64,000 nt of DNA from an uncultured Phycisphaerae bacterium. Lineage in GTDB: Bacteria > Planctomycetota > Phycisphaerae > SM23-33. The stretch covers positions 2,475 to 66,474 of the forward strand of contig CAVXDC010000012.1 of the NCBI GenBank assembly GCA_963760365.1. Direction: 5' to 3'. Below are positions 40,925 through 51,053 of this stretch, piece by piece. The number at the start of each line of letters is the position of its first letter. Position 1 is the stretch's first letter. The position numbers and the translations under genes are program-made. The notes beneath the pieces are model-generated. The model searched no databases. It worked only from the letters and a program-made list of their open reading frames with translations, and was not told where the DNA came from.

Positions 40925-42218
40925 TTATTCCGGCTTCTGCCAATCTGGGGGGTTTTTGAGTTTGTAGAGTCTCTCTCCGGCCTGGGGGACGTAGAGGAGG
41001 CCGCCCGATTCGTGGCCTTGCCAATCGGCAACGTTGATGCTGGCCGGGTCGCGGTAGCCAAGGTTGATCTTGCGGCAGAGGGATTCGGGGATGCCCGTGG
41101 CCAGCGTGACCTGGATGCGGCATTTCTCGACGCCATTCTCGTACGTGCCGATGCCGCGGACGTGAGTCGAGTGCGCCAGCACGCCCCAGGGGAAGTGCTT
41201 GTAGCGTTCCCACTGGGCGAGGAAAAAATCCCGCGTGTGGTAGCCGATTTCTTCGATGATCCGACCGTGGGCGGCGGAAAGCTGCGTGATGTGTGGGGCG
41301 TAGATAATCAGCTCGCCCCCGTCGGCCACGACGGGCTCCATCTTGTACATGCACTTGCCGCCGGTCCACAGCTCGTCGTACATCTCCGGCGCGGGAGAGC
41401 ACCGAGTCGAAGGGCTTTTCCATGTAGGTGATGTGGAGCTTGTCGGACAGGTCCACCGCGGCCGACCAGCTCTCGCGCACCGGGCCGAAGAACAGACCCG
41501 CCAGCTCGTGCTCGGTAACGACCATGCACAGGGCGAACTTCTCGAACTTCTTTAACAAGAGCATGTCGGCGGCCGCCTCCAGCGTGGTGCGGACGGGCGT
41601 GTCCTTGTTGCCGATGATCCTGGGATTGGTGATGACCGCCCCCAGCCAGTGGAAGAAGTTCAGCAGCTCGGCCCCGCAGATGCCCGGGAAAAAGTACTTG
41701 CTGCCGCCGGAAAAGCCCACAACCTCGTGCGGGAAGACCGGCCCGGCCACCAGCACCAGGTCGTAGTCGAACACCATCTTGTTGATGGTGACGGTCACGT
41801 CCATCTCGAACCGCCCGGCGGTGATTTTGCGAATCTGCGCCGCCGGCAGCGTGCCGATGGACGTCAGGGCGGCCGGGTCGTTCCAGCGATGGTTGAAAAA
41901 CCGGCTGCCGCGAAAAACCTTTTCTCTCTCGCGATATCCGGCCTTGACGCCTATCAGGCGGTCGATCTGCGATTCGCTGAGCGGCGGGTGCGTGCCCAGG
42001 GCGATGAGGAAGTCCAGCTTGGCGGCCACCGGAGCCAGGGCGGCGTGAAGCTGCCGCGTGAGCATCGGCAGCGGGCAGGACCGCGTGTGGTCGGGCAGCA
42101 GGACCAGGACCTTCTTGCCCGCCGGCGACATCGCTCCCGCGGCGGCGGTGATGACCTGGGCCGATTCGGCCTCGCTCAGGTGCCCCCCAATCGGTGCTAC
42201 GCGCGAGATCACGCTCAT
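40925..42218 (-). CDS. LarA-like (nickel-dependent lactate racemase family, DUF2088) protein; one 1-bp frameshift near 41386
   Basis: N-terminal KKVLVLLPDHTRSCPLPML is the LarA-type motif. The C-terminal half continues in the next frame (MYDELWTGGKCMYKMEPVVADGGELIIYAPH). The other minus-strand frames over this region are low-complexity artefacts. Confidence 0.65.
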
Positions 42219-42271
42219 CGAAGCTCTCCACATCTTTTAATTCTATCGTCGCCGTCGGGACCGCCGCGGGG

Positions 42272-42997
42272 TCACGGGTTGGCCGGTTGCGTCGTCGGGA
42301 CAGGTGCGGCCGCGGGGGCTATCCGGGCGGGCTGGGTGGCGAGGTAGGCGTTCACTTGGGCCAGGGCCTGGTTGAAGAGGCGGTGCTTGTCGGCCGCGCT
42401 GCCGGCGATCATCGCCTGCTCGCGGGCGGCGGTGAGCAGGGCGGCGACGCGGGCCTTTTGCTCCTCGCTCAGGTCGTGCTTGGCGGTGATGTCGTTGTAG
42501 AGCAGCTTGGCCCGGCCGTAGGTCATCTTGTCCTTGACGGTCTCGATCTGACCGGATGAGAGCACCTTGCCCAAGTCGGCCAGCAGCGCCTCGCGCATCC
42601 GGGCCAGCTCATCGTCCAAAGCCTTCAGCTCGGTCTGGAGCTCTTTGGCCCCAGCCTCGGCGCTATCTTTGGGGGCCTTGGCCAATTGCCTTTCCAGCTC
42701 CTTGATCTTGTCGTCGTTGGGCTCCCAGGCGATCCGCTTGACGTAAAAGGCCGTCATCACGGCCCGGACCTTGGCCTCCTTGGCCGGGTCGCCCAGGGCC
42801 AAGGCCTCCAGGATGCCGGCGGCGGCCTTGTCGGCCGTGGCCTTGATGGCGTCGGCTTCGCTGGCGGCCTGGGTGGTCGTGGGCTGAGTCGTCTGCTGAC
42901 TTGCCGGCTGGCTCGTGGCCTCCGCCAGCGCGATGGACGCCGTTGCCAACCCCGCACCCCAAACGGCCAGACACACCGTGAACGTCCACTTGCGCAT
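42272..42997 (-). CDS. Hypothetical secreted or periplasmic coiled-coil protein
   Basis: Signal peptide MRKWTFTVCLAVWGAGLATASIALA with a Thr/Gln-rich linker. The computed ORF start at 43123 is an artefact that runs into tRNA-Ser. Confidence 0.45.
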   Translation of the reverse strand: MRKWTFTVCLAVWGAGLATASIALAEATSQPASQQTTQPTTTQAASEADAIKATADKAAAGILEALALGDPAKEAKVRAVMTAFYVKRIAWEPNDDKIKELERQLAKAPKDSAEAGAKELQTELKALDDELARMREALLADLGKVLSSGQIETVKDKMTYGRAKLLYNDITAKHDLSEEQKARVAALLTAAREQAMIAGSAADKHRLFNQALAQVNAYLATQPARIAPAAAPVPTTQPANP

Positions 42998-43079
42998 CGT
43001 GCGATCCTTTCCGAGCTCTAGCGCCCGTCCGAAGGTTTTTTCATCCTCATTGGCCGGTGAGTGCCCAGCCAATAGCGAA

Positions 43080-43166
43080 CGGTAGGGGTGGGATTCGAAC
43101 CCACGGTACCCTTGCGGGCACACCGGTTTTCAAGACCGGCCCGATCGACCGCTCCGGCACCCTACC
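43080..43166 (-). tRNA. tRNA-Ser (anticodon TGA)
   Basis: The reverse complement folds as a class II tRNA: acceptor GGTAGGG/CCCTACC, anticodon arm CCGGT-CTTGAAA-ACCGG (anticodon TGA), long variable arm, T arm GTGGG-TTCGAAT-CCCAC, discriminator G. CCA is not encoded. Confidence 0.9.
43122..43166. repeat. Left copy of a 45-bp direct repeat (5' half of tRNA-Ser); putative island boundary attL
   Basis: accggttttcaagaccggcccgatcgaccgctccggcaccctacc. An imperfect copy with 42 of 45 matches lies at 58128-58172 in the same orientation. Confidence 0.7.
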
Positions 43167-43360
43167 ACAGTAGTCACAGGACCCGCATCTGACGGGCCTG
43201 AGATGCATTTCAGCCGCGTCGGACGGGCCTTCTCTGCATATCGTCCAGCTCGCCGCTTTGTCCCACCGCAACCCACCGGAGCACATGGCAACCCACCCCG
43301 TTGGGGGCAGTCCGGGGGGCAGTGGAGCAGGCAGTCGAGCGGGCAGTAAATCGCCGCCAC

Positions 43361-44164
43361 TCATGCCCCACCCGTTCCAGTCCTACCAGATTCTACCAGC
43401 GCAGGCTTTGCACACAAGTCCGGCAGCCGGCTCAGGGCGTCTACTTCCTGCTCTTGGAGGACGTGGGTGTAGCGGTCCATGGTCAGGGTGATGGTGCAGT
43501 GGCGGGCCAGGGATTGGGCCACGCGGGGATGGACTCCTCCCCTGGCCAGGTTAGTGATGAACGTGTGCCGCAGGGCGTGCCAATCGGCGTAGCGGCCGTT
43601 CTGATCGCGATACGGAATGCCGGCGGCAGCCAGGTCGGTCTGGAGCAGGCCGGCCCGGGCATTCTTGGAGCGTGGAAGGGAGAACGCGGGGCCGTCAGGC
43701 ATCTTGAGCGCCAGGGCCTGCTGGAGCTTGGTTACCAGCTCGGCTCGGAGCAGGACTGTGTCATCACGGCGGTGCTTGGAGTACGCCGCCCTGACCACAA
43801 GCCATGGCGGGTCGGCCTCGAAGTCGAAACTCCCCCGCGTCAGGGACATGATCTCGCGGACACGCAGCCCGGTCTCCAGGGCCAACTGATAGACCAGCGC
43901 CCGATCCGTCCCGGACATGCCGCCACGATTGGGCCTGCTTGCTGCCGCTTCAATGAGCCGGCAACACTCCTCAGTGGATAGCGCCCTCCTGTCATGCCGG
44001 CGGTCCAGTCTGACGTTCTGGCCTGAGAGGCCCACCAGGGGGTTCTCGTTCGCTCGGCGCTCACGGACCATCCAGCGGCAGAACTGCTTGGCCGCCTGGA
44101 GATAGAAGTTGGCCGTCTGAATTGAGACGCTGGGCTTATCCTTGGCATAAGTAGCTGACGACAC
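43361..44164 (-). pseudogene. Tyrosine recombinase / phage-type integrase, N-terminally truncated
   Basis: Catalytic domain with the RHTF and RYTH-type residues (WHALRHTFITNLARGG...LTMDRYTHV). The ORF begins at a GTG immediately after an in-frame TAG, the region upstream is lower-GC, and at 267 aa it lacks the N-terminal arm-binding domain. It lies adjacent to the tRNA-Ser 5' side. Confidence 0.7.
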
Positions 44165-44452
44165 CCAAGGGTGTCTATGTGCCTAGGAAAAAGATAACCT
44201 GCCAGTTGAGAAGCATAACTCGCTGCGATCCAGCAGCTTGAGCAGGGTAGGTTCGTGTGCGCGAAGAGGAGCTTCAACGCGCATCGCGCACGAGCTTCGT
44301 TCCGGTTCTGTCTGCACAATCCTTCGATCCACCCAGTTGGAGCTCATGATCCTGCAACCCTGGTATTACGAGTCGTTTGGTATCTGCCTAGGAACAGTCG
44401 CGAAGGGAAATTCCGGGCAAGAAAGGCGTGCGATCGTTGGCCGGTGCGCCCG

Positions 44453-45739
44453 TCACTCCACGAGCCGATTCCACGCGTCGGGATGAGGTCCGGACGCCCC
44501 CGGCAAGGTCACCGGGTCGGTGAGGTTCGTGATCCTCTTGTCTTCGTGAACCGCCGCGCCGCCGGTGAGGCTGACGTTATTGGCTACCACCGCCCCGCAG
44601 AGCTGGGAGCCGCTGGTGATCTGCACGTCCGCGCCGGGGGAGAGGATGACGCCCTCCGTGCTGGTGGTGCTGTTGCTCAGTTGGACCGGGCTGGTCCCCA
44701 GGTTGATGAACTTCAAGCGGGATAGGTCCGAGCCGCGCACGACGTTCGTCGCGCGGTCCCGAATCTCCAGGCTGCCTTTACAGTACAGCGTCAGGGACGC
44801 CCCGGGGAGGACTTCGATGCCCGATCCGTTCCAGATGTCGACGCTCCCTTCGGCCAAGATGATCACGTTGCCGCTGATCTGGACCCTGGTGCTGGACTCG
44901 ATCGAGAGATTGTCGACGTGAAGGTTTCCGCTGATGACAAAGGGTCCGCTGCCTTGGTAGGACCGGTCACCCACGCTGGAGCCCATCCCTGTGGGGGCGG
45001 CTGGGGTCGAAATCGCCAATGGCTGGGACATGGCGCTCACGGTCCCGGTGATGGTGCTGCCTCCGTCCTTGTGGACGACCACGTTGGGGTCGCCGGACGG
45101 TCCGATCGCCGCCGAGCCTTGAATCCGCGCGTCCGAGGTCAGGTAGAGGCCGCTGGGCGCGGTGGAATTAGTGGCCACAAACGCTTCGGCTCCGACATTG
45201 GGCCCACCGTATGCCCCGACGCCCGAGTCGTAACTGTCGATGGTGGAATTGTCCACGAAGATGGTGCCCAGCGCGCTGACTCCGCTGACAATCTGGACCG
45301 ATGGCATCGTCATGTGCACGCGCAGGGAGTAGCTCGCATCCCCGACGGTCCCCATGGCAAAGACGGTAAAAGGTGAAGTGGGGTCGTTGGTCAGGTCTCC
45401 ATCGGCCTCGTCCACCAGCCGCCAGGTGAACGTCCCCCGCCCCAGCGACTTCCCGATCGTCTGCTGACTGTACGCCGACCGCCAGCCATCCGTCTCGTCG
45501 ATCTGCGCCAGGGCGTGCTCGACGGCCGAAAAGGCCAGCGATTGCGCCTCCGACCAGTCCTGCGAACCGCCCGTGGACCGGGCCTGGACCCGGCTAACCG
45601 TGACAGCCCCCAGGCCGATGACCGTGAGGATCACGGCCATGCCCAACACCAGCAGGTAGATCGAGCCCCGCCGTCGGTTCGTGCGGACCCGGGGGAGACC
45701 AACGGAATGGCACCGGAGGCAGGGGTAGGGCATGGGCAT
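44453..45739 (-). CDS. GspK-like minor pseudopilin (large, beta-rich)
   Basis: RRRGSIYLLVLGMAVILTVIGLGAV is a GspK-type N-terminal helix (no Glu at +5), followed by a long Ser/Gly/Thr-rich beta-strand repeat region. Confidence 0.55.
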   Translation of the reverse strand: MPMPYPCLRCHSVGLPRVRTNRRRGSIYLLVLGMAVILTVIGLGAVTVSRVQARSTGGSQDWSEAQSLAFSAVEHALAQIDETDGWRSAYSQQTIGKSLGRGTFTWRLVDEADGDLTNDPTSPFTVFAMGTVGDASYSLRVHMTMPSVQIVSGVSALGTIFVDNSTIDSYDSGVGAYGGPNVGAEAFVATNSTAPSGLYLTSDARIQGSAAIGPSGDPNVVVHKDGGSTITGTVSAMSQPLAISTPAAPTGMGSSVGDRSYQGSGPFVISGNLHVDNLSIESSTRVQISGNVIILAEGSVDIWNGSGIEVLPGASLTLYCKGSLEIRDRATNVVRGSDLSRLKFINLGTSPVQLSNSTTSTEGVILSPGADVQITSGSQLCGAVVANNVSLTGGAAVHEDKRITNLTDPVTLPGASGPHPDAWNRLVE

Positions 45740-46379
45740 TCAAGGACCTCCGGCCGGGATGACGTTCAACAGGTTGGCGCCCGAGTACGCCCGGGTGCTG
45801 CTGTCGCTGCCGATCTGCAATTCCACGCCGACCCACGCGACGCACGTGATCGGGGAGGCCGGCCTGACGTCATAAACGCCCGCCTTGCTCCGCAGCGCCA
45901 CGACGGTGGTCGACACGCTCCTGGGGTCGGTGACGATCACCGAGATGCGCTTGACCCCGCGATCCGTCGTACCGCAGGGGGCCATGGTGTCCGGGTCGAT
46001 GTGCTCGACCGTGACCTTCCGTGTCCAGCCTGCCAGCCCGGGAATCGCGCGCCCGTCCCTGAACTGCGGTGGCGATTCCGTCCAGTTGTGATAATCGTCC
46101 ACGTCGTCGAACTGCGCGGGACGTGCCTGCCTCTCCTGGCTCGGGCCCGAACACGCTTTGGCCGGACGGGTCCAGATAGAAGTTCTGGAGGACCTCCGAC
46201 AGGAGCTGGTTGGCCAGGCCCGTGGCAGTGTTCCGGGAGACATTCAGCTGCCGCCCTTTCGCCAGCGAGCCAAACGTGTTGAGCACCATGGTGATCAGGA
46301 CCGCCAGGATCACGACGGAGATCGCTGCCTCCACGAGCGTCAGTCCACGGCGCCCGGACGATGACCCGTGAGGATTCAT
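45740..46379 (-). CDS. Pseudopilin (GspJ-like); an internal frameshift between about 46130 and 46240
   Basis: Prepilin-type N-terminus GRRGLTLVEAAISVVILAVLITMV. The C-terminal half (FDDVDDYHNWTESPPQF...) is in the adjacent frame. Confidence 0.5.
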
Positions 46380-46893
46380 GGGCAGGCCTCCGGGTCGCCC
46401 GATGGGCAGAACGCCAGCCATTGAATGTCCGCCGGCGTCAAGAGGGCCTGGGGAGACAACGTCTTGAGCAGGTAGGTCAGGCTGAACAGGTGCACGTCTT
46501 CGGCAATGATTGCGGCCGGCGAGCCGTTGACCTGGCGGGTGAGGGGGTCGCCCGGCGTACCGGACCAACTGTAGCGGATGGTCTCGGGCTGGCCGTCGCC
46601 ATTGCGGTCCGGCACGACCAGGGTGACGGCCTCGGCGGACTGTTGGCTCAAGGCCGTCGCCAGGCTCAGGTCCAGTGTGATCATCTGGATCGCCCGGCTC
46701 TGCCTGGACATGTTGTCAGTCTTGTCGGCCCCGCTGGACAGACCGCCATAGGCGAGGAACATGACGCCGACGATTCCGGCCAGGATGATCACGGCGATGG
46801 CCGTGCCGAGAACGGCCTCGATGAGCGTGAATCCCCCGTGGGCGTGGGTGGGTGCGCCGCGGCGCCCGTCCGGTCTGTGGCCTTGGGGTTCAT
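46376..46893 (-). CDS. Pseudopilin (GspI-like); a 1-bp frameshift in a G4 run at 46885-46888
   Basis: ATG 46891-46893 overlaps the upstream gene's stop codon (ATGA). After restoring one base the product reads MNPQGHRPDGRRGAPTHAHG GFTLIEAVLGTAIAVIILAGIVGV, a classic prepilin cleavage motif with Glu at +5. Confidence 0.55.
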
Positions 46894-47369
46894 TGGACCT
46901 TCACGTTTCCGGTGTTCTGGTCAAGCACGATAGTCCTCTGGAAGGAACCCGCCCCGACCACCACCTGCCCGCCTCGGTCCGGCAGCCCGTAGCCGTCGAA
47001 CGTGACGCTTCTGGACCCCTGGAAGTCCGCCGAGATGATGTCGGCATGATGGGGGGCCTCCCACAGACTGGCCACGTATTCGGCGGAGGCCCTCTCCAGG
47101 CTGCGTATGCCTGACAACCGGTACTCGTCGGTGTCGGGGTCGAACGTGACGACCCGCCGAACGCCGGTGGTCCAGGCGTTGTCACGGGCCATCGCCAAGT
47201 CCGCCGCGATGCGCTTGGCCGCCAGATCCGCTCGATAGAAATTGAGGGAGTCGACGTACCTGGGCATGGCGATGGCCGCAACCGTGCCCAGGATGCACAC
47301 GACGAGGACCGTCTCCAGCAGGCTGAATCCTCTCCGGATGAACTGGATGCTGTGGTCAAAGCGAGTCAT
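46890..47369 (-). CDS. Pseudopilin (GspH-like)
   Basis: MTRFDHSIQFIRRGFSLLETVLVVCILGTVAAIAMP. Confidence 0.65.
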   Translation of the reverse strand: MTRFDHSIQFIRRGFSLLETVLVVCILGTVAAIAMPRYVDSLNFYRADLAAKRIAADLAMARDNAWTTGVRRVVTFDPDTDEYRLSGIRSLERASAEYVASLWEAPHHADIISADFQGSRSVTFDGYGLPDRGGQVVVGAGSFQRTIVLDQNTGNVKVQ

Positions 47370-47564
47370 CCGATTCCGCCCTTTGTGGCGTTTCTGGGAT
47401 GCCCGTCTCCAGCCGCCCATGGCCGTTGGCGAGCCCGCACGGCGCCGGGTGTGACCAACGAGGAAGGCCCCACGGCGCTACAGGACGGACACGGGGCGGA
47501 GGCCTCTAGCGATCGTCTCGCCACGATTCGTCCGGCGCTGCTGCGCTCTGTCCAGAAAAGGACA

Positions 47565-48038
47565 TCAATAGGTGCTGTAGAGCTTCCCGGTGACGTCCAC
47601 TTCCGTAGTCGTGTTCGCCCTGATGTCGCCTGTGGCCGCGGTGTATATCCACCCGATCGTGGCCGCGTCGGCGGCAGCCACACCGCTCTGGCCCTTCCTA
47701 GCCCCCACGGGCAGAGGCGGAATCGTGCGGACATAGGGCCCGTAGATGAACACGGCGGTCTTGGTGGCGCTGGTCGCCCCGGCCTCGTTGGTGTATTGCG
47801 TAATCTGGGCCAGGAAGGTGGCGACGGCGGGGAACGCACCGACATGCTCAGCCGAATAGCGGTCAATGGCTTCCCTGAGCACCGCCAGGTTGCCGGACAG
47901 GGCCGCGTCGGCTGCACCGGCCGCCCCGCGGCTTAGCCTCGGTATGGCCACCGCCGCGATTAGGCCGATGATCACCACGACCAGCAACAGCTCAAGCAAG
48001 CTGAAGCCTTTACGCTCGCGCAAGTTCCGATGAGACAT
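47565..48038 (-). CDS. Major pseudopilin / type IV pilin-like protein (GspG-like)
   Basis: KGFSLLELLLVVVIIGLIAAVAIP is the class III signal peptide. About 157 aa. Confidence 0.8.
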   Translation of the reverse strand: MSHRNLRERKGFSLLELLLVVVIIGLIAAVAIPRLSRGAAGAADAALSGNLAVLREAIDRYSAEHVGAFPAVATFLAQITQYTNEAGATSATKTAVFIYGPYVRTIPPLPVGARKGQSGVAAADAATIGWIYTAATGDIRANTTTEVDVTGKLYSTY

Positions 48039-48179
48039 TTCTCCTTACCTCCTACTGGAGTAGCAGTCAAAATCTCGCTCCGCCAAGGTTCCACATCGCT
48101 TATCGACGCCCTGGCAAGCGGACTTTAGCACGGGGGGGAACCCTTCGAGAACCTTATGGGCCAGCAGGCTGGAGGAGGG

Positions 48180-48746
48180 TCACTCCTCGCGCCCGTCGGC
48201 ATTCACGGGCAACTCGAGGGTCACGCGAGACCCGTCCTCTGACACCAGGACGACCCCCCGTTCGCCCACTGAAACCAGTTTGAAGCCGTCGATCGTCTGT
48301 CCGAACCCCACGCAGGTATTGTCAATGATGGCCTGATAGCCTTTGGCGCCGACCATGACTGCCTTGAGGGTATGCTTCTGCATGAAGGCCTCCGCTGCGG
48401 ACCCGACGGTTCCTTTCACAGGGGGCTTGGAGGAAGCGGGCATCCAGTCCGCCGGGGGCTGGAAGGCATCGCGCATGTCGTCCGCCCGGAAGGGGGTGTT
48501 GGCGGTGGCCGCCTTGAGACGGCCGGCCAGGGCGTCTCCTGGCCTGTCGCCCACAGCGTCCGGCGTGTCAGCGGGCACAGCCGCAGGAGTGCCTGCCGGG
48601 GGTACCGCATCGATCCCGACGGCCGAGGCCAAAGCCCCCTGGGGGCCCGGAACGGCGGGCGTAGCCCGCAACCGGTCCATGAGAACAGCCGCCACGCCGA
48701 TCGCGCACAGCCCCATCAGGACCTTCTGTGTTTTCGAGAGGGCCAT
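48180..48746 (-). CDS. Hypothetical membrane-anchored periplasmic protein (possibly PilP/GspC-like)
   Basis: N-terminal TM segment (VLMGLCAIGVAAVLM), Pro/Ala-rich linker and a C-terminal beta domain. Its position between the PilO-like and GspG-like genes fits a PilP or GspC role. Confidence 0.35.
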   Translation of the reverse strand: MALSKTQKVLMGLCAIGVAAVLMDRLRATPAVPGPQGALASAVGIDAVPPAGTPAAVPADTPDAVGDRPGDALAGRLKAATANTPFRADDMRDAFQPPADWMPASSKPPVKGTVGSAAEAFMQKHTLKAVMVGAKGYQAIIDNTCVGFGQTIDGFKLVSVGERGVVLVSEDGSRVTLELPVNADGREE

Positions 48747-48799
48747 ACTTGAAGTAGAAGATACAACCGGGCTTGGGGCAAATGGGGGCGCCCTTTATC

Positions 48800-49336
48800 T
48801 TACGGACTGCCGGGCGCCTTGTCGGGGACGACATGCCAGACGAGGTCGACCTGGAACTCCGGCGGAGACGCCGAGTCGTCGTGCTTGCCGGACAGCAGGA
48901 ACGAGTCCACCGCCGTGTCCGGGAACGACTGAGACAACGTGTGGAGGAAGCCCGCCCAATCGCGATAGCCGCCGGTGCCGTTCAGACGAATCGGCACCGA
49001 TCCGGAGTTCTGGCCGTAGACGGGCTCGGCCGGTTGGACCTCATTCACCTTCAACCCATGATGGGCCGCCAGTTCCGCTAGCCGGCTGATCCTGTTGTTG
49101 ATCGCGCTGGCCGGCTCCAACTGGACCAAGCCCTGGGTCACGGCCTTTCGGACCTCCGAGAGCTTCTTCTTAAGGTCCTCAGCACGGGTCCTCATCAGCG
49201 CAATGTCTTTCTGCCGGCTCTCAAGCTGAGTCTTCTCAGCGGCGTGTCGGTCTTGCAGGTACAGGACGGGGCGCAGGCCGAACCAGAAGAAGAGGAACCC
49301 TGCCACCCCAGCCACCGCCAGGGCGGCCAGGTGCAT
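48800..49336 (-). CDS. PilO/GspM-like inner-membrane assembly protein
   Basis: MHLAALAVAGVAGFLFFWFGL TM helix, then a coiled-coil (LKKKLSEVRKA) and a periplasmic domain. The upstream extension of the computed ORF is low-complexity. Confidence 0.55.
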   Translation of the reverse strand: MHLAALAVAGVAGFLFFWFGLRPVLYLQDRHAAEKTQLESRQKDIALMRTRAEDLKKKLSEVRKAVTQGLVQLEPASAINNRISRLAELAAHHGLKVNEVQPAEPVYGQNSGSVPIRLNGTGGYRDWAGFLHTLSQSFPDTAVDSFLLSGKHDDSASPPEFQVDLVWHVVPDKAPGSP

Positions 49337-49395
49337 CCGGATATGCTTGCATGTTGTCAGCGGGCCGATCTTCACTGGACCGTTCCTCCGCAGTC

Positions 49396-49977
49396 CTACA
49401 GGGTGCACTCCAACCGGAACGCCATCGCCTGCTCGCCCAGGAACACCTGGCGAGTCGTCTTGACCAGCTTGACCTTGCCGAAAAGCCCCGTCTGCTCCAG
49501 TCGCAGCACGTAGGCGGAGACATCCGCCTGGGCCTTGGCCCATCCGCTCACCTCCAGCAGAAACGACCCGTCGGAGGCATCGGGATTGGCGGGGGACTGG
49601 CTGACGGGAGGAACCTTCTGAAGCCGGCATAGATCCAGGACGATCTGGTCCCCCAGGTTCTGGGCCACCGCCCTCAGCACGCTGCCCCAATCGGGCTGCT
49701 GCCCCACGGCCTGGGCCGCTTGCAGCTTCTGCCGAGCTTGGGCAAGCTCCACCGTCAGCACCAAAACCTGGCAACTGGACGCGTTCAGCCTGGCGGCCAC
49801 CGTCCTGATCTCGCTGTCCAGCGGCTTGCTGTCCAGGGCGACGTGGCGAATGCAGAGGAAGTACCCTACCAGCAGCGCCGCCCCATAGACCACCAGAGCG
49901 CTGGCCAATTTGAGCAGATGTGCCTTGTTCGCCTTGGCCTCGCGCCGGCCCAAAGGTATCAGGTTCACGCCGTTCAT
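49396..49977 (-). CDS. PilN/GspL-C-like protein
   Basis: MNGVNLIPLGRREAKANKAHLLKLASALVVYGAALLVGYF is a PilN-type N-terminus with TM helix and coiled coil. The start overlaps the PilM stop (ATGA). Confidence 0.6.
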   Translation of the reverse strand: MNGVNLIPLGRREAKANKAHLLKLASALVVYGAALLVGYFLCIRHVALDSKPLDSEIRTVAARLNASSCQVLVLTVELAQARQKLQAAQAVGQQPDWGSVLRAVAQNLGDQIVLDLCRLQKVPPVSQSPANPDASDGSFLLEVSGWAKAQADVSAYVLRLEQTGLFGKVKLVKTTRQVFLGEQAMAFRLECTL

Positions 49978-51053
49978 CAGTCCGCCTTCCAGGAGTACTG
50001 GGCCAGGCCTAGGGCCGGAATCAACGAGGGCCCGTAGGTCGCATTAATCGTTTCGGGGCACTGGCCCAGGTCGCCGGGGTTGACGATGCGCACCTCCAGG
50101 CCAAGTCTGGCGGCAAGGAACCCTTGCAGTCCCCGGATGCAGGCGCCGCCGCCGACCATCAGCAGACGCTTCACGAGGGCGTCCTGATACTGGCTGGCCA
50201 GGTACGCCAGGCTGGTGCGCACCTCCGCGGCCATGTTCTCGAGGTGGGCGGCCAGTGTGGTTGTGCTGCTACCCCCCTGGCCGTTGCCTGGACTCCCCGT
50301 GCCCGGCCCCGGATCGCCGGTGGGAAGCCCCAGGTTCTCCAGCCCTTCCGTGAAGAAAACGTGTTCCGTGGCGTCCACATCCGCGTTGCGTTCCGACGCC
50401 ACAAGGCGCACCATCGCCGCGAATCCGCTCTTGGTCAGGTCCCGCTCGTATACGACGGTGCCGCCGTGGAGCAGAACCAGCCGCGAGGACGCCCAGCCCA
50501 CATCCAGGATGGCCCCGGTGTGCTGCACGTCCGACAGGAGAGGCAGGCATGCCCGGCTGACGGCCATGGCTTGAACGTCCAGGGCTTCCACGTTCAGGCC
50601 CTCCCCCTCAACTAGGTCCAGGAGGCTCTCGGCGTTCGCCTGGGGGCATGCGACAGCCATCACGTAGGTTCGATTGGCCGCCCGGGCCGGCGGGGGCAGG
50701 TCCCAGCAGGCTATCTCAAGCGATCGCATGTCCACGTTGTGTCGGCGGGCCAACTCCGAGCAGGCAAGCTGTTTGATCGGAGCGCCCGAAGACCGAGGGG
50801 GTAGCTCCATGATCGCCGTCAGGATCTGGGTGGCCGGAACGGCCAGCACGATGGACTTGCCCCGGAACAGGTTCTTCCGCAGCGCCTGCGAGAGACGCTG
50901 GACTTCAGAGGGCTCCAGCGCGCCGTTGGAGCTCGTTCGCGGGACCCAGACGGCCGCCGTGATGCGAGAACCGACCACCTGGGCCGCCTTGATGTACCGC
51001 GAGCCGATGTCCACACCTATGATCGCGCGAGATGTCAGTGTCGGCCACCTCAA
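49977..51053 (-). CDS. PilM-like actin-fold ATPase (type IV pilus / T2SS inner-membrane platform)
   Basis: IIGVDIGSRYIKAAQV...LDVGWASSRLVLL...LMVGGGACIRGLQGFLAARLG. Confidence 0.8.
   Translation of the reverse strand: MRWPTLTSRAIIGVDIGSRYIKAAQVVGSRITAAVWVPRTSSNGALEPSEVQRLSQALRKNLFRGKSIVLAVPATQILTAIMELPPRSSGAPIKQLACSELARRHNVDMRSLEIACWDLPPPARAANRTYVMAVACPQANAESLLDLVEGEGLNVEALDVQAMAVSRACLPLLSDVQHTGAILDVGWASSRLVLLHGGTVVYERDLTKSGFAAMVRLVASERNADVDATEHVFFTEGLENLGLPTGDPGPGTGSPGNGQGGSSTTTLAAHLENMAAEVRTSLAYLASQYQDALVKRLLMVGGGACIRGLQGFLAARLGLEVRIVNPGDLGQCPETINATYGPSLIPALGLAQYSWKAD

Noticed and set aside
40731-42233. A 500-aa minus-strand ORF called as one protein
   Set aside because: Only its first ~280 aa are LarA-like. 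The remainder is an out-of-frame His/Arg/Pro-rich artefact, and the real C-terminus is in the adjacent frame (40925-41383) after a 1-bp indel.
43047-43364. Small minus-strand ORFs over tRNA-Ser (containing PWVRIPP)
   Set aside because: They are translations of the tRNA T arm, not coding sequence.
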